Positions 49,309-59,191 of a DNA stretch of 64,000 bases are shown piece by piece. How positions within the stretch are numbered: position 1 is the first letter of the stretch; each line of letters opens with the position of its first letter. Made by a program: the position numbers and the translations under genes. The DNA comes from Candidatus Saelkia tenebricola (GTDB lineage Bacteria > Omnitrophota > Gorgyraeia > Kaelpiales > Kaelpiaceae), in NCBI GenBank assembly GCA_030765145.1, contig JAVCDA010000046.1:6142-70141 (forward strand). The letters are read 5' to 3'. The notes under the pieces were generated by a model. The model was not told where the DNA came from. It saw nothing but the letters and a program-made list of their open reading frames with translations, and made no database searches.

Positions 49309-49332
49309 GGGGCAGATTTAAAAACTCTGCCC
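49309..49332 (+). terminator. GC-rich hairpin after gap (GGGGCAGA-loop-TCTGCCC), weak or partial terminator
   Basis: 7-8 bp perfect stem with a 9-nt loop. No clear T-tract, so termination may be partial. Confidence 0.35.
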
Positions 49333-49342
49333 TCGGAAATAG

Positions 49343-50416
49343 ATGCGCATTTTAATTGTAAATCCTTTTGGAATCGGGGATGTGATTTTTACCCTTCCTT
49401 TGATTCGAAACTTAAAAAAAACTTTTCCCCACTCACATATCGGGTATCTTTCTAACAGAAGAACTTATCCTATTTTAAGTGTTCAGCCAGAAATAGATTC
49501 CCTTTATGTCTATGAAAAAGATGAGTGGAGAAGTCTGTATAAAACTTCTCGAATAAAAACAATTATTAAATTTGGAAGTTTTTTAAAAAGTATAAAGCGA
49601 ATGAAGTTTGATATAGTTTTTGACCTTTCATTGGCAGGAAAGTTTGGTTTTATTTTCTGGATTTTAGGCATCAAGAAGAGGCTGGGGTATGATTATAAAA
49701 ACAGAGGTATATTTTTGAATAAAAAAATAAAAATGTCTGGGTATTCTAATAAGCATATGGTAGAGTACTACAGTGATTTAGTCGCACTTCTGGGACTTAA
49801 AAGCGAGTTTAAATTTACTAAATTAAGTTTACCTACCTCAGTTATAGACTGGGGGAATGATGAAGTTGCGGAATTGAAAAACAGGTCCAATTTAATTATA
49901 TCTCTTATTCCGGGCGGAGGAGCTAGCTGGGGATCTCAGGCGTATAAGAAACGCTGGGAAGAGGAAAAATATAAGGAGTTGTTAAATCTGATGCTCCGAG
50001 AGATAGACGCAGGAATTTTGCTTCTTGGAGATAAAGAGGATAAAAGTAAATGGGGTAAAGTCCCGAAGCATGATATGGTTTTAAATTATATGGGTGAAAC
50101 TTCTCTTTTGGAATTTGCAGCTTTAATATCAGTTTCAGATTTGGTTGTTACAAATGACGGTGGCCCGGTTCATATAGCTGCGGCATTTTCAATCCCGACA
50201 TTATCTATTTTCGGTCCTGTCTCCGAATCTGTTTATGGCCCGTATCCTAAAGATAATAAACACAGAATTATGAGCTTGAAATTGAATTGCAGGCCCTGTT
50301 ACAAAAATTTTAGAATGCCTTCTTGCAGTCATCATAGGTGTCTTGATGAGCTTAGCGCGGGTGATGTTTTTAAGGAGCTCAAGGAACATTTATCACTGAT
50401 AAAACATGAAAAATGA
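49343..50416 (+). CDS. GT9 glycosyltransferase (ADP-heptose:LPS heptosyltransferase-like)
   Basis: 'ILIVNPFGIGDVIFTLPL' N-terminus and a 'TNDGGPVHIAAA' motif typical of RfaF/WaaC-like GT9 enzymes. Confidence 0.75.
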   Translation: MRILIVNPFGIGDVIFTLPLIRNLKKTFPHSHIGYLSNRRTYPILSVQPEIDSLYVYEKDEWRSLYKTSRIKTIIKFGSFLKSIKRMKFDIVFDLSLAGKFGFIFWILGIKKRLGYDYKNRGIFLNKKIKMSGYSNKHMVEYYSDLVALLGLKSEFKFTKLSLPTSVIDWGNDEVAELKNRSNLIISLIPGGGASWGSQAYKKRWEEEKYKELLNLMLREIDAGILLLGDKEDKSKWGKVPKHDMVLNYMGETSLLEFAALISVSDLVVTNDGGPVHIAAAFSIPTLSIFGPVSESVYGPYPKDNKHRIMSLKLNCRPCYKNFRMPSCSHHRCLDELSAGDVFKELKEHLSLIKHEK

Positions 50417-51522
50417 AGATAAAATCTATTGATTTCAGCCGGGAATATGATTTATTAAAAAACAAATTGGATAAAAAATTCTCTACAGTGTCCAGTAGCG
50501 GGGGTTTTATTTTAGGTAAGGAACTAATAGAGTTTGAGAAAGAATTCGCTGCATATTGCGGGGTTAAATTTGCAGTGGGAGTAAATTCTGGAACGGATGC
50601 TTTATATATCAGTCTTTTATCTCTTGGGATTGGCCAAGGTGACGAAGTGATTGTTCCTGACTTCACATATATAGCGACAGCAATGGCTGTGTCATATACA
50701 GCTGCTGTGCCGGTATTTTGTGATATCAAAGAAGATACGTTTGAAATAGATCCTAAAGACCTAGAAAGAAAAATTACTTCTCGCACAAAAGCTATTATTC
50801 CGGTACATTTATACGGGCACCCTGTTGAGATGCGAAGTATTTTAAAAATAGCAAAGAAACATAATCTTAAGGTAGTAGAAGATTGTGCTCAGGCACATGG
50901 TGCTAAGATTAAGGGAAAGAAGGTTGGAGGGTTTGCAGATTGCGGTTGTTTCAGTTTTTATCCTACAAAAAATCTGGGTTGTTATGGTGATGGGGGGATA
51001 ATTGTCACGAATTCTGACAGATTATATAAGAAAATATTGAAGCTTCGCGATTATGGCAGAGAATCAAAATATAGGCATGTATTAATAGGTTATAATTCCA
51101 GATTGGATACATTGCAGGCTGGAATATTGCGAATTAAACTTGAATATTTAGACGTCTGGAATAATAAAAGAAAAGAACTGGCTTATTATTACAATGAATA
51201 TTTAAAAGGTATAGATGAAATAATTTTACCTAACGAAAAAGAAATGCATGAGCATGTTTATCACGTCTATGTAGCAAGAATAAAGAAAAATCGAGATGTT
51301 CTGATAAAACAGTTATTCGATCTTAATATTCCTGTTCTAATTCATTATCCTATTCCTTGTCATCTTCAGCCTGTTTATAAGAATTTGGGTTATAAAAAAG
51401 GGGATTTTCCTGTTTCAGAAATGTGTGCAAAAGAAGTTATGTCATTGCCTTTATATCCATTTCTTAAAAAAGAAGAGGTGCGTTTTATTGCCTCATCAAT
51501 AAAGAAATTATTACTGCGCTAA
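50413..51522 (+). CDS. DegT/DnrJ/EryC1/StrS-family PLP aminotransferase (nucleotide-sugar aminotransferase)
   Basis: Fold-type I sugar aminotransferase length, with motifs 'GDEVIVPDFTY' and 'FSFYPTKNLG' (PLP-Lys). Confidence 0.8.
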   Translation: MKIKSIDFSREYDLLKNKLDKKFSTVSSSGGFILGKELIEFEKEFAAYCGVKFAVGVNSGTDALYISLLSLGIGQGDEVIVPDFTYIATAMAVSYTAAVPVFCDIKEDTFEIDPKDLERKITSRTKAIIPVHLYGHPVEMRSILKIAKKHNLKVVEDCAQAHGAKIKGKKVGGFADCGCFSFYPTKNLGCYGDGGIIVTNSDRLYKKILKLRDYGRESKYRHVLIGYNSRLDTLQAGILRIKLEYLDVWNNKRKELAYYYNEYLKGIDEIILPNEKEMHEHVYHVYVARIKKNRDVLIKQLFDLNIPVLIHYPIPCHLQPVYKNLGYKKGDFPVSEMCAKEVMSLPLYPFLKKEEVRFIASSIKKLLLR

Positions 51523-52869
51523 TCCCAAAAGCATTTTCGCTACCTGAAAATATATTACGATTGAGGTGATATCCAAAATGGTGGTCAAAAACGGGCCTGC
51601 AGATATGGCAGGGTCGATACCTACTTTAGACAGGAATATAGGAAGCAGACCTCCTATAAAAGTTGCAATTGTAATTACAAGTGCTAAAGATGATCCTATT
51701 GTAAGACCGAGCATTGGATTAGTATGCATAAAGTAGGCACGCATAAATCCTAAACATCCTAAGATTATACCTAGAGTGATTCCCATACAAATTTCTCTTT
51801 TCATTATCTGAAAAGTTTGTTTGAATTTTATTTCACCCGTTGCTAATCCTCTGGTTATTAAAGTAGCTGATTGTGTGCCTGCATTTCCGGCTGAACCAGA
51901 AAGCATAGGAATAAAAAAGACAAGAGCCATTACTGATTCTAAAGCATAGGAATAATGTTTTAAGAGTTGTGTTGAAACGGTATAAGTAACAAGTAGGAGT
52001 AGGAGCCATCCGATTCTCTTCCTTGCCACGACAGAAAACGGAGTTTTAAGATATTCATCTTCGATTGTTTCTATAGCAGCCATTTTATGAAAATCTTCGG
52101 TATCTTCTTTTTCAATGACATCCACAATATCGTCAACAGTAATTATTCCGTGGATATTTCCGTAAGTATCAACTACAGGAAGAGCCAAAAGGTCATATTT
52201 TTTAAAGACAGTTGCTACTTCTTCCTGATCATCTTCTAAATTTACTTTTATAAAATGATCATTCATTATTTCCGTGATTATTTTGCTCTCAGATGCCAGG
52301 ATTAGGTCTTTCAGGGAAAAAACCCCTAGCAATTTATCGTTATCTGTTGTTACATATATGTAGTATATGGTTTCTCTTTTTAAGGCTGTTTTTCTCAAAA
52401 TGCTTGTTGCTTCTTCAACAGTAATTTGAGGAGGTACTTTTGCAAAGTCAGTTGTCATCAATGCTCCGGCAGTATTTTCTCTATATTGAATTAATTCTTC
52501 TACGTCTTTTTTTTCTTTTTCTGACATAACAGATAGAAGTTGTTTCTTTAAATCAGGAGTAATTTTTAAGAATAAATCAGCTCTTTCATCAGGGGGCATT
52601 TCATCTAAGATATTTTTCAATCTTCCGGTAGTTAAATCCTGGAGTATCAAAATCTGGTATTCACCCAAGAGATAACTAAATATTTCAGGAAAATTTTCTC
52701 TGGGAATAATCTTTACAATTTCTACAATCTCTTCATGTTCTAAGGATTGGAGTAGTTCTGCTATATCAGGTGAGAATAATTCTTTTATAATATCTGTAAT
52801 TTCAGAGTATTTACCCTTTTCCAAAAGCTCTCTGATGCCGGGTGCCATGATATGCTTTTTTTTCTCCAT
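51511..52869 (-). CDS. mgtE: magnesium transporter MgtE
   Basis: An N-terminal MgtE-N domain, tandem CBS domains and a C-terminal 5-TM pore domain. Convergent with DegT, overlapping it by 12 nt. Confidence 0.85.
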   Translation of the reverse strand: MEKKKHIMAPGIRELLEKGKYSEITDIIKELFSPDIAELLQSLEHEEIVEIVKIIPRENFPEIFSYLLGEYQILILQDLTTGRLKNILDEMPPDERADLFLKITPDLKKQLLSVMSEKEKKDVEELIQYRENTAGALMTTDFAKVPPQITVEEATSILRKTALKRETIYYIYVTTDNDKLLGVFSLKDLILASESKIITEIMNDHFIKVNLEDDQEEVATVFKKYDLLALPVVDTYGNIHGIITVDDIVDVIEKEDTEDFHKMAAIETIEDEYLKTPFSVVARKRIGWLLLLLVTYTVSTQLLKHYSYALESVMALVFFIPMLSGSAGNAGTQSATLITRGLATGEIKFKQTFQIMKREICMGITLGIILGCLGFMRAYFMHTNPMLGLTIGSSLALVITIATFIGGLLPIFLSKVGIDPAISAGPFLTTILDITSIVIYFQVAKMLLGLAQ

Positions 52870-52947
52870 AGTTTTACCTTTGGTTTCAGGGTTAAAAATG
52901 ATATCGAAGTTATGTTATGAAAATTAGATAATTTAATCAAGTAAAAT

Positions 52948-52956
52948 TTGTTATAA
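52948..52956 (+). promoter_or_regulatory. extended -10 element (TGtTATAAT) upstream of the helicase-nuclease gene
   Basis: Read directly from the sequence, about 30 bp upstream of the ATG at 52986. It lies in the divergent mgtE/helicase intergenic region. Confidence 0.35.
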
Positions 52957-52985
52957 TCTGATATTACTATCATTTGTAAAACATT

Positions 52986-55922
52986 ATGAAAACACATATT
53001 CAAGACAAGGTGAAAGAAGGATTAAACGAAGAACAGTTGGGTGCTGTTGTCCATGGGGGATCTCCTCTTTTAATCGTTGCAGGTGCTGGTACAGGCAAAA
53101 CCCTTGTTTTAACTCGTAGGATTGTCCATCTGATTCTTTCTAAAAAGGCTTACCCTTCTGAAATACTTGCTCTTACGTTTACAGAAAAAGCTGCTCAAGA
53201 AATGGAAGAGAGGGTGGATGTTTTAGTTCCCTACGGCTATACTGATATGCGTATTTCCACATTTCATGCATTTGGTGACAGGGTTTTAAAAGAAAATGCT
53301 TTGGAAATTGGGCTTAGGCCTGATCTGTATGTGTTATCTCGCCCTGAACAGATAATATTTTTCAGGGAACGTCTCTTTGAATTCCCACTTAATTACTTCA
53401 GGCCCTTAGGGGATCCAACCAAATATATTGAAGCTGTATTAAAACTTATATCACGTGCAAAGGATGAAGATATCTCTCCAGAAGAGTATTTTGAATATAT
53501 ATATAAGCTAAAGGCGGAATCTGAAAAAAACCCCAAAGATAAAGCTTTGAAAGAGAAAGTGACAAGAGAAGAGGAAATAGCGCTTTGTTATAAAAAGTAC
53601 CAAGAACTTCTTCATAGAGAATCCAAGATAGATTTTGGTGATCAAGTGGTTTTAACGTTGAAACTTTTTAGAGAGCATCCTGAGATTTTGGAAAAATATC
53701 AGAATAAATTTCGCTATGTTCTTGTTGATGAATTTCAGGATACAAACCATTCTCAGTTTGAACTCTTGAAATTGTTGGTTAAAAAACATAATAGTATTAC
53801 TGTCTGCGGAGATGATGACCAGTCGATATATAAATTCAGAGGAGCTGCACTTAGCAATATCATGGAATTTATGGATGTCTATAGTGATGCAAAAAAAATA
53901 ATTTTACGAAAAAGCTACAGGTCGACTCAGAAAATATTGGATGCATCTTATGTGCTTATATCTAATAATAATCCCGACCGTCTTGAAGTTAAAGAGAAGC
54001 TGGATAAGAAATTAGTTTCTAATTTTATTGGAGGTAAAGGAGCAAAGCATCTTTGTTTTGACACTGCTTCATCTGAGGCGGATTGGGTGGCAGAGAAAAT
54101 AGAGAGACTCGTAAATTCCAAAAAGTATTCCTATAAAGATTTTGCAATTTTAGTACGATCTAACAAGGATGCGGATTTATTTTTGCAGGCATTGAATATG
54201 AGGCAGCTTCCTTTAAGATTTTCTGGCAGTGAGGGGCTATATTCTCAGAAAGAGATAAGGTTTTTTATTGCCTGGTTAAAATTTTTGACGGATCCACAAG
54301 ATAGCCTGAGCCTCTATTATATTATGTCTTTTCCAGTGTACGATTTTGATATAGAGATGCTTTCTGTATGCATGAGCAAGGGGAGGGCAACTAATAGGGC
54401 TTTATATTTCATATTGAAACATATTAATGAATATCCGGAATTAGGGAGTTGTATAAAGGAAGAAATGGCTTTAAAGATAAAATCTTTTCTCATGAATATT
54501 GCGGAGTTTTTTCAATATCTGCCTCAATTTAATGTTGGTAGGCTTCTTTACAAGATTCTTACTGAAACCGGTTACTTAAATAGTCTAACTGCAGGAGGTA
54601 TGAAGGCGGAATCTAAAATTAAAAATATAGCTAGGTTTTTTGAAATAGTCAGAAACGTTTCTCGAGTGTTAGACAATGAAAATGCGTATAGTTTTACTCC
54701 CTATTTAGATGCTTTAATTGAAGCGGGTGATAATCCATCTTTACCAGATGCGGATTATGATATGGATGCAGTTAGTATCTTGACAATACACAAAGCAAAA
54801 GGATTGGAGTTTAAGTCTGTGTTTTTGGTTGGACTGGTTTCTGATAGGTTTCCTGTAAAAAAAAGGAGTGATGGGATTGTACTCCCCAATGAGCTTTTGA
54901 GAGTGAAAGAGAGGTGGCTTCCGGAAGGAGATCCTCATATTCAGGAGGAAAGAAGGCTTTTTTATGTCGGAATGACTAGAGCCAGGGAAGACCTTTTTCT
55001 TACCTCTGCTCGTGACTATGGTGGTAAGAGAGCTAAAAAAGTTTCTGTTTTTGTGATGGAGGCTTTGGATTTACCAAAACAGCCTGGAGTATCGTTTAAA
55101 CCTTCTGCATTAGAAGTTATTCAGCGGTCTCAAGGTAAAGATTTTAAAACTACAGCAGGTGATATTCCCATTAGAGATGATGAGTTACTTGATTTAAGCC
55201 ATTTACAAATTGATGACTATTTTACCTGTCCTTTAAAATACAAGTATGTTCACATTCTTAAAGTTCCTGTTATGCAGCACCATGCTGTTATCTATGGTAA
55301 GGCTATTCATGATGCTATTCAGGTATATCTTAGGATGAAGATAAATAACAAGCACTTTTCTTTAGATGAAATGTTAAAAATATTCGAAAACTCATGGCGA
55401 AGTGAAGGGTTTTTGACTCGAGAACATGAAGAGATGCGGTTTAAAGAGGGCGAAGAATTGCTGGATAAATTTTATTCTAGGAATGAAGTTTCAGGCGTTA
55501 TTCCTGACTATGTTGAGCAGGATTTTGTTTTTTTAATTGATCGCGATAGAATCTCAGGGCGTTGGGATAGGATAGATACGTCTGGAGGGAAAATAAGGAT
55601 AATAGATTACAAAACTTCTAAGGTTCAGGATCAACAGAAGGCAGATAAAAAGGCAAAGGGGAGTCTGCAGCTAGGTATCTATGCATTAGCCTATAAAAAT
55701 ATACATGGAATAATTCCTGATTGGGTCGAATTGCATTTTATCGATTCTGATCTTATTGGTCGTACTCAGTTTAATGATGTTGATTTAACCAAAGTGAAAA
55801 ACAGGATTAATGAAGCTTCTTTGGGTATAAGAAAAAGAGATTTTGTGCCTAAACCGAGTTATTTTTCCTGTGTGTACTGTGTGTTTAGGAATATTTGTCC
55901 TTATACATTAAAGGGGATATAG
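52986..55922 (+). CDS. UvrD/PcrA-family SF1 helicase fused to a C-terminal Cas4/AddB-like PD-(D/E)xK nuclease domain with an Fe-S Cys cluster
   Basis: N-terminal 'AGAGTGKT' Walker A and the SF1 motifs ('VDEFQDTN', 'YRST', 'TIHKAKGLEF'). C-terminal 'RIDYKTSK' and Cys residues 'CPLKYKY...CVYCVFRNIC' give a four-Cys pattern like AddB/Cas4. Confidence 0.8.
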   Translation: MKTHIQDKVKEGLNEEQLGAVVHGGSPLLIVAGAGTGKTLVLTRRIVHLILSKKAYPSEILALTFTEKAAQEMEERVDVLVPYGYTDMRISTFHAFGDRVLKENALEIGLRPDLYVLSRPEQIIFFRERLFEFPLNYFRPLGDPTKYIEAVLKLISRAKDEDISPEEYFEYIYKLKAESEKNPKDKALKEKVTREEEIALCYKKYQELLHRESKIDFGDQVVLTLKLFREHPEILEKYQNKFRYVLVDEFQDTNHSQFELLKLLVKKHNSITVCGDDDQSIYKFRGAALSNIMEFMDVYSDAKKIILRKSYRSTQKILDASYVLISNNNPDRLEVKEKLDKKLVSNFIGGKGAKHLCFDTASSEADWVAEKIERLVNSKKYSYKDFAILVRSNKDADLFLQALNMRQLPLRFSGSEGLYSQKEIRFFIAWLKFLTDPQDSLSLYYIMSFPVYDFDIEMLSVCMSKGRATNRALYFILKHINEYPELGSCIKEEMALKIKSFLMNIAEFFQYLPQFNVGRLLYKILTETGYLNSLTAGGMKAESKIKNIARFFEIVRNVSRVLDNENAYSFTPYLDALIEAGDNPSLPDADYDMDAVSILTIHKAKGLEFKSVFLVGLVSDRFPVKKRSDGIVLPNELLRVKERWLPEGDPHIQEERRLFYVGMTRAREDLFLTSARDYGGKRAKKVSVFVMEALDLPKQPGVSFKPSALEVIQRSQGKDFKTTAGDIPIRDDELLDLSHLQIDDYFTCPLKYKYVHILKVPVMQHHAVIYGKAIHDAIQVYLRMKINNKHFSLDEMLKIFENSWRSEGFLTREHEEMRFKEGEELLDKFYSRNEVSGVIPDYVEQDFVFLIDRDRISGRWDRIDTSGGKIRIIDYKTSKVQDQQKADKKAKGSLQLGIYALAYKNIHGIIPDWVELHFIDSDLIGRTQFNDVDLTKVKNRINEASLGIRKRDFVPKPSYFSCVYCVFRNICPYTLKGI

Positions 55923-55924
55923 AA

Positions 55925-56398
55925 ATGACTTTATGTTTTTTGTTAGACGGGTATAATATTCTTAAGAAAATATCCCAGATTACTGACTATAAAATTAAAG
56001 AGGACAGAGATGCTTTGGTGGGGTTTATTTATCGATTTCATCCCCAGGGAAAAAATAAAGTTGTAATAATTTTTGATGGCTATGGAAATGAACAGATAAA
56101 ATATGCTACAATCAATGTTCTTTTTAGTAAGGATATTTCTGCAGATGATTATATTGTTAAGATTTTAGAGAAGAAAGATAAAAAAAATTATTATTGTGTC
56201 GTTAGCGATGATAGAGAGTTGAAAAGTAGAGCAAGGAATCTTGATGCAGAAACTTTGTCTGTAAATGATTTTTTAAGCCCTGCTCTTAGGAGAATGAAAA
56301 CAAAAGTTAAAAGAGTGTCTCATGAGAAAATAAACGAATATTCTAAAGAAGCTCGGGAGATTAATAAAGAATTGGAGGAAAAATGGCTAAAGAGATAA
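55925..56398 (+). CDS. NYN-domain protein (YacP/Rae1-like predicted ribonuclease)
   Basis: 'LLDGYNIL...VIIFDG...VVSDD' pattern of the YacP-like NYN/PIN fold. The ATG at 55925 has an AAGGGGA RBS. Confidence 0.6.
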   Translation: MTLCFLLDGYNILKKISQITDYKIKEDRDALVGFIYRFHPQGKNKVVIIFDGYGNEQIKYATINVLFSKDISADDYIVKILEKKDKKNYYCVVSDDRELKSRARNLDAETLSVNDFLSPALRRMKTKVKRVSHEKINEYSKEAREINKELEEKWLKR

Positions 56399-56931
56399 GA
56401 AAAAAACATGTGGCTAGAGAGTGGGCGGAGTCTATTGTAATAGCGCTTTTAGCAGCTCTGGTTATCCGTACTTTTATTATAGAAGCTTTTAAAATACCAT
56501 CAGGTTCTATGAAGCCTACTTTAGAGATAGGAGATAGAATTTTTGTCAGCAAATTCATTTATCGGTATAAAGAACCTCAAAGAGGTGACATTGTTGTTTT
56601 CAGGTATCCCGAGAACCCAAAGAAGTATTTTGTCAAAAGACTTATTGCTATGGGCAATGAAGTTGTTGGAATTGAGGATGGCAATATTACTATTGATGGA
56701 GAGTTGGTTAAAAATCCTGAAATATTGCAAAAGTTTTATTATTATAACAAAGGTCAATATGGGCTTCAAGATAGTGAGGTTCAGGTGCCTGATGAGAATT
56801 TTTACTTTTTAGGAGACAATTCTGCGTTTTCTAAAGATTCCAGATACTGGGGGTATGTTCCCAGGAAGAATATTGTAGGTAAAGCATTTTTACGATTTTG
56901 GCCTCTCTGGAGAATTGGTTTAGTTCGATAG
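56383..56931 (+). CDS. lepB: signal peptidase I
   Basis: 'SGSMKPTL' (catalytic Ser), 'KRLIAMGNE' (Lys box) and 'GDNSAFSKDSRYWG'. Confidence 0.9.
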   Translation: MAKEIRKKHVAREWAESIVIALLAALVIRTFIIEAFKIPSGSMKPTLEIGDRIFVSKFIYRYKEPQRGDIVVFRYPENPKKYFVKRLIAMGNEVVGIEDGNITIDGELVKNPEILQKFYYYNKGQYGLQDSEVQVPDENFYFLGDNSAFSKDSRYWGYVPRKNIVGKAFLRFWPLWRIGLVR

Positions 56932-56978
56932 TTGACTTTTAAATATGTGTTAAATATAATGCTTAAGGAGGTGAAAAA

Positions 56979-57278
56979 ATGAAAAGTTTGTTTTTAATTT
57001 TATTGTTGGTTACTTTTACATTGAGTGGTTGTACTACAACTCAGAAAGGTGCTGGTACGGGTGCAGCAATAGGTGCAGGTTTGGGTGCCATAATAGGTCA
57101 TCAGTCAGGTGATGCTGCGAAAGGGGCAGCTGTTGGAGCTGCAGCAGGCGGTTTGAGCGGGGCATTAATAGGTGAGCAGATGGATACGCAGTTTTGTCCC
57201 ATATGTGGTAGACATTTTACAAGCAGTACTCAATATTGTCCATATGATGGTTCTCATTTAAGCCCGTTACAGAAATAG
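56979..57278 (+). CDS. small lipoprotein with a glycine-zipper (YMGG-like) region and a C-terminal 4-Cys zinc-ribbon
   Basis: Lipobox 'LSGC', a Gly/Ala zipper 'GAAIGAGLGAIIG...GAAVGAAAGG', and 'CPICGRHF...CPYDGSHL'. Confidence 0.6.
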   Translation: MKSLFLILLLVTFTLSGCTTTQKGAGTGAAIGAGLGAIIGHQSGDAAKGAAVGAAAGGLSGALIGEQMDTQFCPICGRHFTSSTQYCPYDGSHLSPLQK

Positions 57279-57316
57279 AGTTTTATAGAAAAAGTCATAA
57301 TTATCATAGTTAAATC

Positions 57317-57859
57317 ATGAATATTGCTAATCTTTGCAGTTGTTTGAGGTTGTTAGTTTTACCGTTTTTCATAATAGCTATTCTTTATCATTCGCCTCAG
57401 AAAGAATATTTAAGGTTGGTTGCGATTTTTTTAGCGATTTTTTCTTTCATTACTGATGCTTTAGACGGATTTTTAGCTCGCAGGAAAGGTTTAATTACTA
57501 ATTTAGGGGCGTTCTTAGACCCTTTAGGAGACAAATTATTACTGAATGCAGCTTTTATAATTCTGGTTTTGAAACCGGAGTTTAAGGATCGTTTAAATTT
57601 ACCTATGTGGGTAGTTGTGACAGTTTTTTTAAGAGATATATTTATTGCACTAGGTAGTTTTATTTTGCATGCTAAATCGAGGCTTAAGATATCACCTTCT
57701 TATTTAGGTAAATCTGCTGTTGTATTGCAAATGGCTGCTATTGCTTCTGCATTATTATATTTCCCATATACTTCTGTGCTTTGGTGTATTACTGGTGTAA
57801 TTACAGTATTAGCCGGAGTTGGCTATCTCTTAAGAGAAGGATCTAAATTCTACAAATAA
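57317..57859 (+). CDS. pgsA: CDP-alcohol phosphatidyltransferase (PgsA-like)
   Basis: 'DALDGFLARRKG...G...LDPLGDKLL' (D-x2-DG-x2-AR...G-x3-D-x3-D) and 4-5 TM segments. Confidence 0.7.
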   Translation: MNIANLCSCLRLLVLPFFIIAILYHSPQKEYLRLVAIFLAIFSFITDALDGFLARRKGLITNLGAFLDPLGDKLLLNAAFIILVLKPEFKDRLNLPMWVVVTVFLRDIFIALGSFILHAKSRLKISPSYLGKSAVVLQMAAIASALLYFPYTSVLWCITGVITVLAGVGYLLREGSKFYK

Positions 57860-57862
57860 ACC

Positions 57863-59176
57863 ATGTCGGATTATCCCAAAGTTGCAATAATAGGTAGGCC
57901 TAATGTAGGTAAATCCACACTTTTTAATCGTCTTATTGGTGAAAGGTTTGCAATAACAGAAGAAACTTACGGTGTTACAAGAGACAGGGTATATAAAGAT
58001 GCTCAATGGTGCGGGGTGTATTTTACGGTAATAGATACAGGGGGTATTATTGTTGCGGGAGATTTAGAAGATATTGCCCAGAAAGTAAAGCAGCAGAGTT
58101 TAAAAGCTATTCAGGAGGCAGATCTTGTTGTTTTTCTAACAGATTGTAAAGATGGGGTTCATCCTTTAGATGAAGATATTGCTGATGTTATAAGAAGGGG
58201 GAATAAAAAGGTGATACTCACAGTGAATAAAGCGGACAATGCAAAATCCGAGTTGGAGGCAAGTGAGTTTCAAAGTCTTGGGATTAGGGATATAGTAGCA
58301 ATTTCAGCTATGCATGGAAGAGGTGTAGATTTGCTTTTAGAAAAGATAACAGAAAATATAGAAAATGTAGAAATTAGTGATAGTAGTTCTGGAATTATTA
58401 AAGTAGCGGTAATAGGTTGTCCGAATGCAGGTAAATCCTCTTTTGTTAATTCCATTTTAGAGGAAGAAAGATCGGTTGTGGATTCTTTGCCTGGTACAAC
58501 TAGGGATGCTGTCGATACTTTGTTTCATCTTGGAGATTCTAGATTTATGTTGATTGATACAGCGGGTATTCGTCATAAGAGCAAGATTAAAGGAGGATTG
58601 AATTTTTTCAGTTCCCTAAGAACAAAGGAGGCAATAGATAGGGCCGATGTTGTTTTGTTTATGGTTGACGGTTGGTGTGGAGTGCGGCGTGATGATATGC
58701 ACCATATTTATAAGGTATGGCAGAAGAATAAAGGTTTAATTCTAGTAATAAACAAAAGGGACTTAATACAGAAGTCAATACCGGAATATGAAAAACTTAT
58801 ACGGAACAGACTGGCTTTAGCGGAATATGTGCCCATAATTTATATTTCTGCTAAAAAGAAATATAATATTGAAGAGGCAATGATAGCATCTAAGTCGGTT
58901 TATGATAATTTAAACCAGCATGTAAGAACTTCAGAGTTAAACAAATTTATTCAGGATATTCAATTTGCTCATCCCAAGATTGTAAAGGGCAAGCATTCTT
59001 TAAAGATTTTTTATATTACTCAAACAGGTGTTGTGCCGCCTCAGATGCATGCTTTTGTTAATTTCCCGGGGCTAGTGAATAAAAGTTTTACCAATTTTTT
59101 AGAACGCAGGATAAGGCAGAGATTTGGTTTTATGGGAGCACCGATTAAATTGGTGTTTAGAGCGAAAAATGAATAG
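57863..59176 (+). CDS. der: ribosome-associated GTPase Der/EngA (tandem G domains)
   Basis: Two G1 motifs, 'GRPNVGKST' and 'GCPNAGKSS', with two DxxG motifs and a KH-like C-terminus. Confidence 0.9.
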   Translation: MSDYPKVAIIGRPNVGKSTLFNRLIGERFAITEETYGVTRDRVYKDAQWCGVYFTVIDTGGIIVAGDLEDIAQKVKQQSLKAIQEADLVVFLTDCKDGVHPLDEDIADVIRRGNKKVILTVNKADNAKSELEASEFQSLGIRDIVAISAMHGRGVDLLLEKITENIENVEISDSSSGIIKVAVIGCPNAGKSSFVNSILEEERSVVDSLPGTTRDAVDTLFHLGDSRFMLIDTAGIRHKSKIKGGLNFFSSLRTKEAIDRADVVLFMVDGWCGVRRDDMHHIYKVWQKNKGLILVINKRDLIQKSIPEYEKLIRNRLALAEYVPIIYISAKKKYNIEEAMIASKSVYDNLNQHVRTSELNKFIQDIQFAHPKIVKGKHSLKIFYITQTGVVPPQMHAFVNFPGLVNKSFTNFLERRIRQRFGFMGAPIKLVFRAKNE

Positions 59177-59191
59177 TCATGGAGGTGTTAT

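Noticed and set aside
52870-52985. Possible M-box (Mg2+) riboswitch upstream of mgtE on the - strand
   Set aside because: The leader is only about 116 nt, is AT-rich, and lacks the conserved GC-rich helices of the M-box. It is more likely to hold simple divergent promoters.
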